Part shown: positions 1 to 10,231 of the stretch, in pieces
How the letters are laid out: each line of letters opens with the position of its first letter
How positions within the stretch are numbered: position 1 is the first letter of the stretch
IMG/VR virus record: IMGVR_UViG_3300031647_000750
Span: 25 to 64,024 of that record
Reading direction: 5' to 3' (one strand)
DNA from: a virus
Lineage: Duplodnaviria > Heunggongvirae > Uroviricota > Caudoviricetes
DNA: 64,000 nucleotides
Made by a program: the position numbers and the translations under genes
The notes under the pieces: generated by a model
What the model was told of the DNA's origin: nothing
Database searches by the model: none
What the model saw: the letters and a program-made list of their open reading frames with translations, nothing else

Positions 1-1
1 T

Positions 2-1462
2 ACTGCCGTCTGAGTGAACGTATGCTATAGTTCCGTTCTGGCCTTCTGCTGGTATATTATCGGAGAAGTTTATTAAGCAAGGGCCAGCGTTAGATGTAGC
101 TCGTAGGTTTATAACACCCGTATCACTACGGAAGTAACTTGAACCATGAACTCCATCTAATAAATCAGCATCTAAGCCAGAGCCAGAACCGTCGTTATCG
201 GGGTGCCAGTATTCAGCACCACCAGTGTATTTGTAGACCCCGCCATTAATATGAACGCTTTTGTTCATGTAGAACAGGCCACGGTCAGTTTGTATATGCC
301 CCCAAGAGGAATTTCCAGGACCAAGGGTGATATTACCGTGTGGGGTAGTGAAAGTATGTGCAGATGAGGAAGTGGTAAAGTACCCCGGACTATTGACTGT
401 TCCAGTAAGTGTTGGGCTAGCCTTTGGTGCTAGTGCTGACAAATCTTGATCTGCTGTAGCTCCTGTCTCTATACCATTTAACTTAGTATGATCAGCAGAT
501 GTAAAGTTGATCTGCGTTAAGCCTCCGTCACCCACAGAGTAAGTGGTGTTGGTATCAGGCCAAGACCGATCATAAGCTGCTTTCACAGCGGCAGATGATG
601 CAGATATAGACGTGCTAGTTGATGTTACACTATTTGAAATACCACGCCATGTATTAGTATTTGCGTCATTTGCATCTGCGTATACTTTAGCTGCTGCCAA
701 TGCTGCGTTTGCTTTAGAAGTTGCATCTGCCGATGCTGTTGCCGCTGCTGATGATGTAACACTTGAGATCGCTGAACTTAGTTCCGAATCGGTTGCCATT
801 GCATTCTGAATTTCAACTAAAGTATCAAATGCTGCGCCTGCGCCATTAGTTACTGCTGCAATTGCTGCTGTCTTTGCTGCGTTTGCTTTAGTAGTCGCAT
901 CACTCGCTGCTGCTGAAATTGCTTGTGATTTTGCATTATTTGCTTTAGTAGTCGCATCTGATGCTGCTGCTGATTCTGCATCTGCTTCTGCTTGATCTGC
1001 ATATGCTTTTGCTGATACCAATGCTGCGTTTGCTTTAGTAGTCGCATCACTTGCTGCTGATGAAATTGCTTGTGATTTTGCATTATTTGCTTTACTAGTC
1101 GCATCTGAACTTGCTGCTGATTCTGCATCTGCTTCTGCTTGATCTGCATATGCTTTTGCTGATACCAATGCATTATTTGCTTTAGTCGTTGCATCTGTTG
1201 CTGCTGCTGCTTTTACTTCTGCTGGCGAATCTATACCTGCGCCATTATCGGTTGTCAACATCGTAGTCGCTAAGATAGAAATGTTACGTTCCATATCTGC
1301 TGCTCTACGAAGCGATGACTTAGACCCAGATATAGAAATCTCGTTATCGCCTAATGTTCCAGTTGATTCAACTAAATCACCTGTTGCATCGTACTTATAT
1401 TTTTTGTTCTTATCTAATGACACACTTGTCATTACACCATTCTTTTTAATTTTTCTTGACAT
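2..1462 (-). CDS. Tail/virion fibre protein, 3'-truncated by the window edge and absent from the ORF track
   Basis: Manual translation: ATG at 1462 after AAAGGA SD, open to the edge. Reads MSRKIKKNG..., Ala-rich DATTKAN repeats, GAAFDTLVEIQ, STSISASSAAVKAAYD (tail-fibre repeat-like) and WHPDNDGSGSGLDADLLDG (common fibre motif). Confidence 0.85.
   Translation of the reverse strand, partial: MSRKIKKNGVMTSVSLDKNKKYKYDATGDLVESTGTLGDNEISISGSKSSLRRAADMERNISILATTMLTTDNGAGIDSPAEVKAAAATDATTKANNALVSAKAYADQAEADAESAASSDATSKANNAKSQAISSAASDATTKANAALVSAKAYADQAEADAESAAASDATTKANNAKSQAISAAASDATTKANAAKTAAIAAVTNGAGAAFDTLVEIQNAMATDSELSSAISSVTSSAAATASADATSKANAALAAAKVYADANDANTNTWRGISNSVTSTSTSISASSAAVKAAYDRSWPDTNTTYSVGDGGLTQINFTSADHTKLNGIETGATADQDLSALAPKASPTLTGTVNSPGYFTTSSSAHTFTTPHGNITLGPGNSSWGHIQTDRGLFYMNKSVHINGGVYKYTGGAEYWHPDNDGSGSGLDADLLDGVHGSSYFRSDTGVINLRATSNAGPCLINFSDNIPAEGQNGTIAYVHSDGS
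877..1190 (-). repeat. Intragenic tandem duplication, 147-bp (49-aa) period, about 2 copies
   Basis: gataccaatgc at 1014 and 1161; gaaattgcttgtgattttgcattatttgcttta at 915 and 1062. Confidence 0.9.
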
Positions 1463-1518
1463 ATTGAAATTCCTTTGTTTAACAACTCGCTAGATCTTAC
1501 TAACATTTGTAGTAGTAG

Positions 1519-1526
1519 TATTTATA
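1519..1526 (-). promoter_or_regulatory. T4-type late promoter TATAAATA
   Basis: Exact T4 gp55 consensus about 57 nt upstream of the fibre ATG. Confidence 0.75.
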
Positions 1527-1563
1527 CCATGTTAATTGTTATTTACAAATAAAATTTACAAAT

Positions 1564-1592
1564 AAAAACGCCCACGTTATGCGGGCGTTTTT
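1564..1592. terminator. Intrinsic terminator, potentially bidirectional
   Basis: AAAAACGCCC-acgttatgc-GGGCGTTTTT just downstream of the 1861-aa gene. Confidence 0.85.
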
Positions 1593-1631
1593 CTTCTTTC
1601 AGTCGTAGTATTTAAACTACTACATTAACGA

Positions 1632-4600
1632 TTATACGTCGATGTAAGTAGAGATCACTTTAACCGATGCAGTAACTGAATCAGTAGTATATGTCAATTC
1701 AACGTTAGTTCCGTTCATTGCCACAGAAGCATCACCAATCAATGAAGCGCCAGTGTAAACCATTGCGAATTCAGTGATATATGCTGATGTACCGTCATGA
1801 ATAACTAATGCTTCACGAGTCTCGTATTCACCTGATACGCTATCACTAACTTGGATAACATACTTAGCTGAACGATGAGCAGTACCGTCAAACGTATCTA
1901 CAACATTACCAGATGTTCCTGCTGAAACGTCTATTCCTTGTGTGAAGGCTTTGATGTTTCCTGCAAGTTTCTCAGAAGTAACCTGACCATCTATCAATAC
2001 TGGATCTAATCCAGCCTGTGGTGAAACTACAACTACCTGTGTGTCAGTTGGAATTGCTGATACGAAAGTAATTGTTGATGCACTATCATCGATAGTATAG
2101 TGAGTAGATGGATCTTGAATAACACCGCCTACGAATACCATTGCTTGCGCTTGTGACGCGTCAATAGTTAATGCGTATGTAGTTGCAACACCGTCACCAG
2201 CGATAGTCTGACGACCATTGCTTACGAAGATTGTTAGTGGATCTACAAGTTCCATACCAGATAAGTCTTGCTTAACTGCTAGAACGTATTCTGCCTTACC
2301 AGTGTAATCAACATCTGATACATCTGTTAAGTCTAATACTGATTCGTTAGTATCAATAGTGATAACACCTGTTGCCGAATCATATGCTGCTAATCCGTTA
2401 CCAGCCGTATCTACAACACTCAATGCTGCGCGTGCGCGTGCATCTGTGAAGTATAATGATGAACCTTCAGTTAGATCGTCTGTTGTATAAAGAGACATAT
2501 CTTGTGCTGATATAGCTGCATCTAGTACTGCTTTAGATACTGCATCACCCGGAAGTGTTGCTGTTCCTAATCCAGTTACCAATCCGCCTGACATAGCAAC
2601 GTTGCCAGTCATTGTTCCACCAGATAATGCCAACTTAGTATCAATGTTAGATTGTAGAGTTGTATCTGCTGTTGCAAATTCACTACGAATTGCTCCACGA
2701 TCGGTAGTTGCTGCTGAATCACCTGCGATACGGTCATCAACTTCTGTTGATAATGCACTCGACAAAGCGCCTTCTGCTGCTAATGCACGAACTTCTTCGT
2801 CTGAGATTGCTGTTGCGTTGCCAGTTACTAACGTAGTTAGATCAGTGTCTGCGTCTTGGAATGCACTTACGATTTCTGTAAGTGAATCAAGTGCTGCTGC
2901 ATCAGTGTTAGAGATAACATTGTTTACAGTTGCTGTCAACGAGTCAATATTACCCTGTAGAGTAGTATCATCTGCTAAACGTGTTGCTGCTTCTGTTACT
3001 AGATCATCTGCTACACCACTAATTGCGTTCGCGTTAACTAACTCTGCATTGGCTGCACGAGTTGCTTCTGCTGTGATATTGCCTGCGTTTGCAAGTTCTG
3101 CTGCACGGGCTGTAGTTGCTTCTGCTGCCAAGTTAGATGTTAGAGTTGAATCTGCTGCAATGCGTGCAACTTCTTCTGCTTTAACTGCTGCATCAATCTT
3201 CATATCTGCATCTGCAAGAGATGTAGCTGTATCGTGGAAGTTTGATGTAGTTGGAGCAACATAAGTACCGTCAGTTGCTAAACCAGCACCTGATTGTGTA
3301 GATGTCATTTCAACTAAGTTAGCTGCTGATACCGCTGCGTTTGCAAGTTCTGCTGCACGTGCTGTAGTTGCTTCTGCTGATATAGCATTTGCGTTTGCAA
3401 GTTCTGCTGCACGAGATGTTACTGCTTCTGCGTTAATGTTATCTTGTAATGTATTATCATTCGCTAAACGCGTTGCTGCTTCTGCTACGTCTGCTGCGTC
3501 TGATGTTACTGCACGAGCAACGTCCTTAGCTTCTGCTGATGCAATCGCCGCTACCTGAGCTTCATTTGCTTTAGTAGTTGCATCTAATGTAGCACGAATT
3601 TCTTCGTCTGAGATTGCTGTTGCGTTAGTTGCTGCTGCTGCTGCGTTAACGCCTTCTGCTGCACGAGATGTTACTGCTTCTGCTGCTACTGCGTCAGTTA
3701 GAACAAGTTCTGCTGCACGTGCTGTAGTTGCTTCTGCTGATATAGCATTTACGTTTGCAAGTTCTGCTGCACGAGCGGTTACTGCTTCTGCTGCGATCGC
3801 TGTTTCGTTAGTTGCAATATCTGTTACATTTGCTGCGATATCTGTTACATTTGCTGCGATAGCCGATGCGTTAGATGCTACTGCTGTTGTAAGAACACCT
3901 TCTGCTGCTATTGCACGAGTTTCTTCGTCTGAAATTGCTGTTGCATTTGCAGATTCTGCTGCGCGGGCTGTAGATGCTTCAGTTGAGATCGCTGTTGCGT
4001 TAGATGCTACTGCTGTTGTAAGAACACCTTCTGCTGCTACTGCACGAGATTCTTCAGTTGAGATTGCTGTTGCATTTGCAGATTCTGCTGCGCGGGCTGT
4101 AGATGCTTCAGTTGAGATCGCTGTTGCGTTTGCAAGTTCTGCTGCACGTGCTGTAGTTGCTTCTGCTGATATAGCATTTGCGTTTGCAAGTTCTGCTGCA
4201 CGAGATGTTACTGCTTCTGCTGCTACTGCTGATGTAAGAACACCTTCAGCTGCTACTGCACGAGATACTTCAGTTGCTAAGTTAGTTGTTAGTACACCAT
4301 CTGCTGATGCGAACTCAGTACGAATCGCTGCGCGATCTGTTGAAGCCGTTGCTGCCAATGCAGTAATTGCACCATTGATATCTGAATCAGCATCCTGGAA
4401 TGCAGTTACGATTTCAGTCAATGAATCCAATGCGTCTGGATCAGTATTACTAATAATGCTGTTGATAGATGCTAAGTTAGCGTCAACATCTGTACGTAAA
4501 CCAGATTCAATTCCAGTTGCACGAGTTTCTTCATCTGATATTGCTGTTGCGTTTGCAAGTTCTGCTGCGCGAGATGTTACTGCTTCTGCTGCTACTGCGT

Positions 4601-7217
4601 CAGTTAGAACAAGTTCTGCTGCACGTGCTGTAGTTGCTTCTGCTGCTACTGCGTCAGTTAGAACACCTTCTGCTGCACGTGCTGTAGTTGCTTCAGTTGA
4701 GATCGCTGTTACGTTAGATGCGATATCTGATGCGTTAGTTGCGATATCTGAATCATTTGCTGCGATATCTGATGCGTTAGTTGCTACTGCTGTTGTAAGA
4801 ACACCTTCTGCTGCTATTGCACGAGTTTCTTCGTCTGATACTGCTGTTGCGTTTACACCTTCTGCTGTTGTTGCACGTGTAACTTCTGCTGCTACTGCGT
4901 CAGTTAGAACACCTTCTGCTGTTACTGCACGAGTTTCTTCATCTGAGATTGCAGTTGCGTTTGCAGATTCTGCTGCTCTTGCGATGCCTGCTTCGGTGAT
5001 GATTGCTGATGCGTTAATTGCGATATTGCCAACGTTAGTTGAGATTGCAGTGTCATGTGCGTTGTCTTTATCTGTTGCACGAGATACTTCGTTTGAAATA
5101 GATGTTGCATTTGCAAGTTCTGCTGCACGGGCTGCTGATGCTTCTGCTGCTAAACCATTAGTTAGAACAAGTTCTGCTGCTGTTGCACGTGTAACTTCTG
5201 CTGCTAAGTTAGTAGTTAAAGTTAAATCTGCCGCTGCGCGATCGGTTGCTTCTTGTGAAATATCTGATGCGTTAGTTACGATATCAGATTGTGCAGTTTC
5301 CATGTCGCCTTCAAGTGCTGTTGCACGCAAAGATAATGCGTCATCTGCTGCGTCTGATGTAACTGCACGAGCTACGTCTTTTGCTTCTGCTGATGCAATT
5401 GCATCTGCTTCTGCTGCGTCTGCTTTAGTTGTTGCATCTGTACTTGCTGTTGCAATTGCACCTGCTTCTGCTGCGTCTGCTTTAGTAGTCGCGTCTGCTG
5501 ATGCTGTTGCTGCACGTACTACGTCTTTTGCTTCTGCTGCTAATAGTGCTGCGTCTGCCTTAGATGTTGCGTCTGCTGATGCTGTTGCAACTGATGCTGA
5601 ATCACCTGCGATACGGTTAGCAACTTCTGTTGAATCTGCTGTCTGCAATGCTGCGATTTCGCCGCCTGTAGTTGCAATTTCTTCATTCAATGCTGTTGTG
5701 ATCAAACCTTCAGAAATACCTACTTCTGTACGGATCAATGCACGATCAGTTGCTGCTGCGTTGATTGCTGCTGTGTGAGCAGAATCAGCTGTTTCAAATG
5801 CTGAAACAATCTCAGTCAATGAATCAAGTGCTGCTGCGTCTGTGTTGCTGATAATGTTAGCAATTGCTGATGCGTTAGATGCAATATCTGCTTCTGCATC
5901 TGTTACACGAACTTCTACTGCATTTGTGTCAGTGTGTAGTTCGTTGATACCGCCTGCAAATGTTTGCGCGATTGTATCTAGTGGATCAGTACCGTTGCCT
6001 TCTTCTAGTAATGTTAGACGTGATTCTGCATCGTCCATTTCAGTTTCTAGGGTAGTTGCACGACCATCTAGTGCTGTGTCAGCTGCGTCTGATGTAACTG
6101 CACGAGCTACGTCTTTTGCTTCTGCTGATGCAATTGCATCTGCTTCTGCTGTGTCTGCTTTTGAAGTTGCGTCTGCTGCTGCTGTTGCAATTGCGTCTGC
6201 TTCTGCTGTATCTGCATAACCCTGTAGTGCTGTAGTTTGTAGTGCGTCTGCTGCTGCAAATTCTGAACGTACTGCTGTGTCTGCGTTTGCACGAGCTGTC
6301 ATTTCGTCAGAAATAGAGTCTGCGTTTGCAAGTTCTGCTGCACGGGCTGTAGATGCTTCAGTTGAGATCGCTGTTGTTAGAGTAGTAACATCAGCGTTTG
6401 TTGCTGAGATTTCTGCTGCCAAACCTGAAGTCAATGTAACAATATCACCTTCGTTTGCTGTTACACGTGCGTCAAGATCGTTGTCGCCCGCGATGCGTGC
6501 TGCTGTCTCAGTTGATACTGCTGATGTAAGAACACCTTCAGCTGCTTGTGCGCGAGAAATTTCTGCTGCTATATCATCAGCGTTAACACCTTCTGCTGCT
6601 GTTGCACGTACCACTTCATTTGAGATAGCAGTTGCGTTAGCCGTGATAGATGCTGACAATGCACTATCTGATGACTGAAATTCTGCAACAATTTCTGCTA
6701 ATGAATCCAATGCTGCTGGATCAACGTTAGCGAGGATGTTTGTTATTTGTGTTTGCAATGCCAAATCAGCTGATTGATAAGCTGTTTCGATTGCATTCTC
6801 ACGTGTTGTTGCACGAGTTGCTTCTGCTGAAATATCGCCTGCGAGTACGATTTCTGCTGCTAATGCGCGTTCTGCTTCTGCTGAAATATCGCCTGCGTTT
6901 GCAAGTTCTGCTGCACGAGCGATCTGTGCTTCTGCTGCTACTGCATTTGAAATATCAGTTGCTACTGCTGCCTGTGCACGGGCGTCAGTAAAGTACTTGT
7001 TAGTACCTTCTGCTAAATCATTAGTTGAATATGAACCGATAAGGTCTGCTGCTGTTACTTTGCGCAATGATGCGTCCGACGCGCTGTGTAATAAGAAGGT
7101 GTCTAGCGATGCTACCGACTCAGAACCAGTTTGACCTGATACTGATGATGCTGCTAATTTGCCTACTACTACTGCTGCGTTCGCTAATGCGGGTGCTTTA
7201 ATCTGTCTAAAAGCCAT
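1632..7217 (-). CDS. Very long Ala/Thr/acidic coiled-coil fibre protein (1861 aa), probable head or tail fibre
   Basis: GGAG SD. Many 18-aa AEATTARAAELANATAIS-type repeats, four (N)xDxxALDSLxEIVxxF motifs, T(N/D)DLxEGxxxYFTDARA at both ends, and C-terminal beta domains (VFVGGVIQDP; RSAKYVIQ...HDG) typical of T4-like virion proteins. Confidence 0.8.
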   Translation of the reverse strand: MAFRQIKAPALANAAVVVGKLAASSVSGQTGSESVASLDTFLLHSASDASLRKVTAADLIGSYSTNDLAEGTNKYFTDARAQAAVATDISNAVAAEAQIARAAELANAGDISAEAERALAAEIVLAGDISAEATRATTRENAIETAYQSADLALQTQITNILANVDPAALDSLAEIVAEFQSSDSALSASITANATAISNEVVRATAAEGVNADDIAAEISRAQAAEGVLTSAVSTETAARIAGDNDLDARVTANEGDIVTLTSGLAAEISATNADVTTLTTAISTEASTARAAELANADSISDEMTARANADTAVRSEFAAADALQTTALQGYADTAEADAIATAAADATSKADTAEADAIASAEAKDVARAVTSDAADTALDGRATTLETEMDDAESRLTLLEEGNGTDPLDTIAQTFAGGINELHTDTNAVEVRVTDAEADIASNASAIANIISNTDAAALDSLTEIVSAFETADSAHTAAINAAATDRALIRTEVGISEGLITTALNEEIATTGGEIAALQTADSTEVANRIAGDSASVATASADATSKADAALLAAEAKDVVRAATASADATTKADAAEAGAIATASTDATTKADAAEADAIASAEAKDVARAVTSDAADDALSLRATALEGDMETAQSDIVTNASDISQEATDRAAADLTLTTNLAAEVTRATAAELVLTNGLAAEASAARAAELANATSISNEVSRATDKDNAHDTAISTNVGNIAINASAIITEAGIARAAESANATAISDEETRAVTAEGVLTDAVAAEVTRATTAEGVNATAVSDEETRAIAAEGVLTTAVATNASDIAANDSDIATNASDIASNVTAISTEATTARAAEGVLTDAVAAEATTARAAELVLTDAVAAEAVTSRAAELANATAISDEETRATGIESGLRTDVDANLASINSIISNTDPDALDSLTEIVTAFQDADSDINGAITALAATASTDRAAIRTEFASADGVLTTNLATEVSRAVAAEGVLTSAVAAEAVTSRAAELANANAISAEATTARAAELANATAISTEASTARAAESANATAISTEESRAVAAEGVLTTAVASNATAISTEASTARAAESANATAISDEETRAIAAEGVLTTAVASNASAIAANVTDIAANVTDIATNETAIAAEAVTARAAELANVNAISAEATTARAAELVLTDAVAAEAVTSRAAEGVNAAAAATNATAISDEEIRATLDATTKANEAQVAAIASAEAKDVARAVTSDAADVAEAATRLANDNTLQDNINAEAVTSRAAELANANAISAEATTARAAELANAAVSAANLVEMTSTQSGAGLATDGTYVAPTTSNFHDTATSLADADMKIDAAVKAEEVARIAADSTLTSNLAAEATTARAAELANAGNITAEATRAANAELVNANAISGVADDLVTEAATRLADDTTLQGNIDSLTATVNNVISNTDAAALDSLTEIVSAFQDADTDLTTLVTGNATAISDEEVRALAAEGALSSALSTEVDDRIAGDSAATTDRGAIRSEFATADTTLQSNIDTKLALSGGTMTGNVAMSGGLVTGLGTATLPGDAVSKAVLDAAISAQDMSLYTTDDLTEGSSLYFTDARARAALSVVDTAGNGLAAYDSATGVITIDTNESVLDLTDVSDVDYTGKAEYVLAVKQDLSGMELVDPLTIFVSNGRQTIAGDGVATTYALTIDASQAQAMVFVGGVIQDPSTHYTIDDSASTITFVSAIPTDTQVVVVSPQAGLDPVLIDGQVTSEKLAGNIKAFTQGIDVSAGTSGNVVDTFDGTAHRSAKYVIQVSDSVSGEYETREALVIHDGTSAYITEFAMVYTGASLIGDASVAMNGTNVELTYTTDSVTASVKVISTYIDV

Positions 7218-7291
7218 GAATTATTCTCCAATCAATATATATATTAATTGACCGCTATTGTGGTCAATTCGTTACTGTTTAATAACAGTAG

Positions 7292-7299
7292 TATTTATA
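7292..7299 (-). promoter_or_regulatory. Late promoter TATAAATA
   Basis: Exact consensus upstream of 7217, followed by two 5'-UTR hairpins. Confidence 0.75.
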
Positions 7300-7353
7300 C
7301 GTGTGTGTATCTCATTAAATATAATGATTACGTTTTGATTGAAAAAAAGTTAT

Positions 7354-8397
7354 TTATACTGGCAAATACCGAATATCAACGATAGCACTACTAGTAGGTG
7401 CTGTATTTAATGTCAATATAGTATTCAAGATTGAATATTCTTGGGGTGGTAGGATCGCACCATTAACTATAACAATTACACTATGTACATTATGTCCATG
7501 ATTTATATCAAAAATTATTTGATCATCATCTCCTACATACTGATCACTAGTGTATTCTAAATTGAGGTGTCTGTTTTCAATACTATCATTTAAATTATCA
7601 GTGACAGCGGCAAATGGGTATCTATATTTTACATAGATTTCTGCACCATTAGGGGGCATTTCAGTAAAGTTTATAGTAGCACCTGTTAGTGAAAATACTT
7701 CGCCTGGGCGCTGTAATACATCATATACATATACATCAATTGCTTCTGCACTTGCTGGTGTATGCAATAATGTCCATGAATCTTGTGAACCAGATGCAAC
7801 AAATATTTCTGCGGCTGGGATAGTTCCTGAAACCGCGCCAGAACCTGATGCTGGACTATACGCACTTAGTCCTTTATTACCGACATATCTTGCGCCTATT
7901 ACATATACAACTGTTCCGTCAACCATTGATGCTGGCAATGAATCTCCAACAAAATGTAATACACCAGATACATAATCAAAGAACCATTCATCATTATTGG
8001 TTCCATCTGGATATAGCCGAGTGCCCGTAGTCGAAGGATCGGTTTGATTTGGAGTATCAACATAAACTTTTAATTGATATGTAGAACCAAATTCAACTGG
8101 TATCCAATCAGTCTGATCAGTTTTCCATGTCCTATTTGGGGTCGACGTATTATCCATAACACATTCAAGTGTATTAGAAAGATAGTCACTATATACTTGT
8201 ATTAATTCAGAACTTGCTTGAGGCTTTACTGATGGTATTAAATGCGAATCTGTCCATATAGTGTCTCCGCGTAGCAACAACGGACTAGAAATTGATTCAT
8301 TACTGGCAGATTTACTTGTTGTAGAATCTGTCTTCGCTATGCCATAGCCAACTTTCTTCCACAAGAAATCAATTTTATTTATATCAGAAATAGCCAT
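7354..8397 (-). CDS. Virion structural protein (347 aa)
   Basis: Two C-terminal copies of the beta-sandwich repeat (VYVYDVLQRP; VIVNGAILPP) also present in the 1861-aa protein; structural gene context. Confidence 0.6.
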   Translation of the reverse strand: MAISDINKIDFLWKKVGYGIAKTDSTTSKSASNESISSPLLLRGDTIWTDSHLIPSVKPQASSELIQVYSDYLSNTLECVMDNTSTPNRTWKTDQTDWIPVEFGSTYQLKVYVDTPNQTDPSTTGTRLYPDGTNNDEWFFDYVSGVLHFVGDSLPASMVDGTVVYVIGARYVGNKGLSAYSPASGSGAVSGTIPAAEIFVASGSQDSWTLLHTPASAEAIDVYVYDVLQRPGEVFSLTGATINFTEMPPNGAEIYVKYRYPFAAVTDNLNDSIENRHLNLEYTSDQYVGDDDQIIFDINHGHNVHSVIVIVNGAILPPQEYSILNTILTLNTAPTSSAIVDIRYLPV

Positions 8398-8400
8398 TCG

Positions 8401-10146
8401 TTATGTTGCCTTCTTAAATGTTAGGCTATTGATAGAATCACCTTGTTGCAATTTAAAACGAACCAAAATCAAATTGTTAGTTGCATTCGAACTTGATTCT
8501 GTACCGAATGTTAGATTAATTGTTTCGTTATTCACATTGCTTCCCGTAGTTATTACGCCTGCTAATCCACAGCCGTTTGTACCATTGCCATTTGCTGATG
8601 TATTTTCTCCAGGGATACCAATACCTTCATATGGCAATCTGACATCTAGCCAACCATTTAATGTTGAAGTGTTATCTATACTAGTTCCTGGGATCTTGAC
8701 CCAACAACCTGATATTCTTCCACTCCATTGTATCGCGAATTTAGATACTGCTGTGCGATTAAATCCAAATTCAATATACTGTGCTGATGCTCTTCCGTCA
8801 CTTAAATCAGGACCTGCTGGCAAATAACCATTAGAATAATCAGTCATGTCATGCGTTAAAACGCCACCTACTATCGTAGCATCACTTATATCTAGCGTAC
8901 TTGATTGACTGTTAAATTGCAAAAACGATGTATCAACTGGTGTATCGGTGTCTACTGTTTCGTAACGTACTGCGCTACCACTTCCGTATCCAACGACATT
9001 AACTGATATGTTATTTTCGTGTATAACAGATACCGATGATGACGACATATATAATACATTTTCAGCAATAGGAAAATCAACACGTGTGGTTGAATAACTA
9101 TTATCAACTATCAGTGCAGGACCTTCATTTGTAGTCGAAATTCCCGTTGCATTTTTTATGGTTGTGATGGTGGTTATATTAGTAGTTGTGCCATTGGTTA
9201 AATAATTTCTCGGTAGAGGTGTGGTAATATTCGCATCGTTATATGTGATATTATTCAATGCATTTACTGCTGCTGCATTGTTGGCACCTGCTGATAATAT
9301 GAATGTATCAGTCGCCGGATAAAAATCACCACTTAAATTTGCTGCATCAAATGTAATATCAAATTGCTGTGTACTTGAATAATGTGGGATTGTTGAACTA
9401 TATAATACACCAGTTGTCGCAATACTAGGCGTTATGGTAGCATTTGTAATTGCAGGCGATGGTGTATTACTTTGATCACTATACCATACAGATGTATTTG
9501 TAGAAGATTCAGTAGAATCTGCCAATGCATGACGAATACGAATGTTATTCCAACCTTCTGGTGCTTCTTCGCCTATTATATTGACATTATATACATCATG
9601 AAATCCTAGCGGATTGCCCGTGATTGTGCCATAATCTACATTGTTTGATATAATCAATGAACCAACTATGCCATTATTGTTGCTATCATCTAGAGTGGAT
9701 TCTGATACAATAGATTCATTGTGTAATAGTTGCACATTTCCAGAATTTCCTGGACCCACTGTAGAAAGTGTATTTGTTGAAAAATCATTTGAGCGTAAAA
9801 CATTATTAACCATCTGTCCCGCAGATGCAGATAACCCAGTTGCTGTATTATCAGACTGTGTGAAATCTGTAATTCTATATGTTTGTCCATTTAAAATAGA
9901 TAATGTTGAAAGATTTATATTGTCTGGACTTTGAGGAGATAATTGCGTTAATACGCCTTGTATATTATTCAACTGGTCTGTTAAGAATCTCTTTGTCACT
10001 GCATCTTGTAGATCAACTGGATCAAGTAGATCTGTGATACGATTATTTGATACATTTATGTTGCTAGTGGCATCAACTGTATCTAACACAAGATCATTTT
10101 CTGTTGCTGTTATTTTATTGCGTGTATGATTTGTATTGATGCTCAT
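8401..10146 (-). CDS. Virion structural protein (581 aa)
   Basis: N-terminal RITDLLDPVDLQDAVTKRF fibre-neck-like motif; Asn/Thr/Ser-rich beta composition; AAGGA SD. Confidence 0.6.
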   Translation of the reverse strand: MSINTNHTRNKITATENDLVLDTVDATSNINVSNNRITDLLDPVDLQDAVTKRFLTDQLNNIQGVLTQLSPQSPDNINLSTLSILNGQTYRITDFTQSDNTATGLSASAGQMVNNVLRSNDFSTNTLSTVGPGNSGNVQLLHNESIVSESTLDDSNNNGIVGSLIISNNVDYGTITGNPLGFHDVYNVNIIGEEAPEGWNNIRIRHALADSTESSTNTSVWYSDQSNTPSPAITNATITPSIATTGVLYSSTIPHYSSTQQFDITFDAANLSGDFYPATDTFILSAGANNAAAVNALNNITYNDANITTPLPRNYLTNGTTTNITTITTIKNATGISTTNEGPALIVDNSYSTTRVDFPIAENVLYMSSSSVSVIHENNISVNVVGYGSGSAVRYETVDTDTPVDTSFLQFNSQSSTLDISDATIVGGVLTHDMTDYSNGYLPAGPDLSDGRASAQYIEFGFNRTAVSKFAIQWSGRISGCWVKIPGTSIDNTSTLNGWLDVRLPYEGIGIPGENTSANGNGTNGCGLAGVITTGSNVNNETINLTFGTESSSNATNNLILVRFKLQQGDSINSLTFKKAT

Positions 10147-10177
10147 GTTTCATCCTTATCAATATCTCTATATGAGT

Positions 10178-10222
10178 TTTTGTATTTTGTATTTTGTATT
10201 TTTTATTTTTTATTTTGTATTA
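10178..10222 (-). repeat. 7-bp tandem repeat AATA(C/A)AA, about 6 copies
   Basis: Plus strand ttttgtattttgtattttgtattttttattttttattttgtatt between two CDS. Confidence 0.8.
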
Positions 10223-10223
10223 T

Positions 10224-10231
10224 TATTTATA
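10224..10231 (-). promoter_or_regulatory. Late promoter TATAAATA overlapping the upstream stop codon
   Basis: GTA-TAA-ATA at the end of 10227..10763. Confidence 0.55.

Noticed and set aside
612-6991. Long plus-strand ORFs (2602..3264, 4375..5778, 5842..6219 and others) and Gln-rich alternative-frame ORFs (850..1194, 6107..6292)
   Set aside because: Antisense or frame shadows of the GCA/GCT-rich repetitive fibre genes; no SD or independent motifs.
1-7217. Diversity-generating retroelement or invertible fibre cassette
   Set aside because: Repeats are in-frame coding repeats without adenine-specific variation; no reverse transcriptase or invertase in the window.
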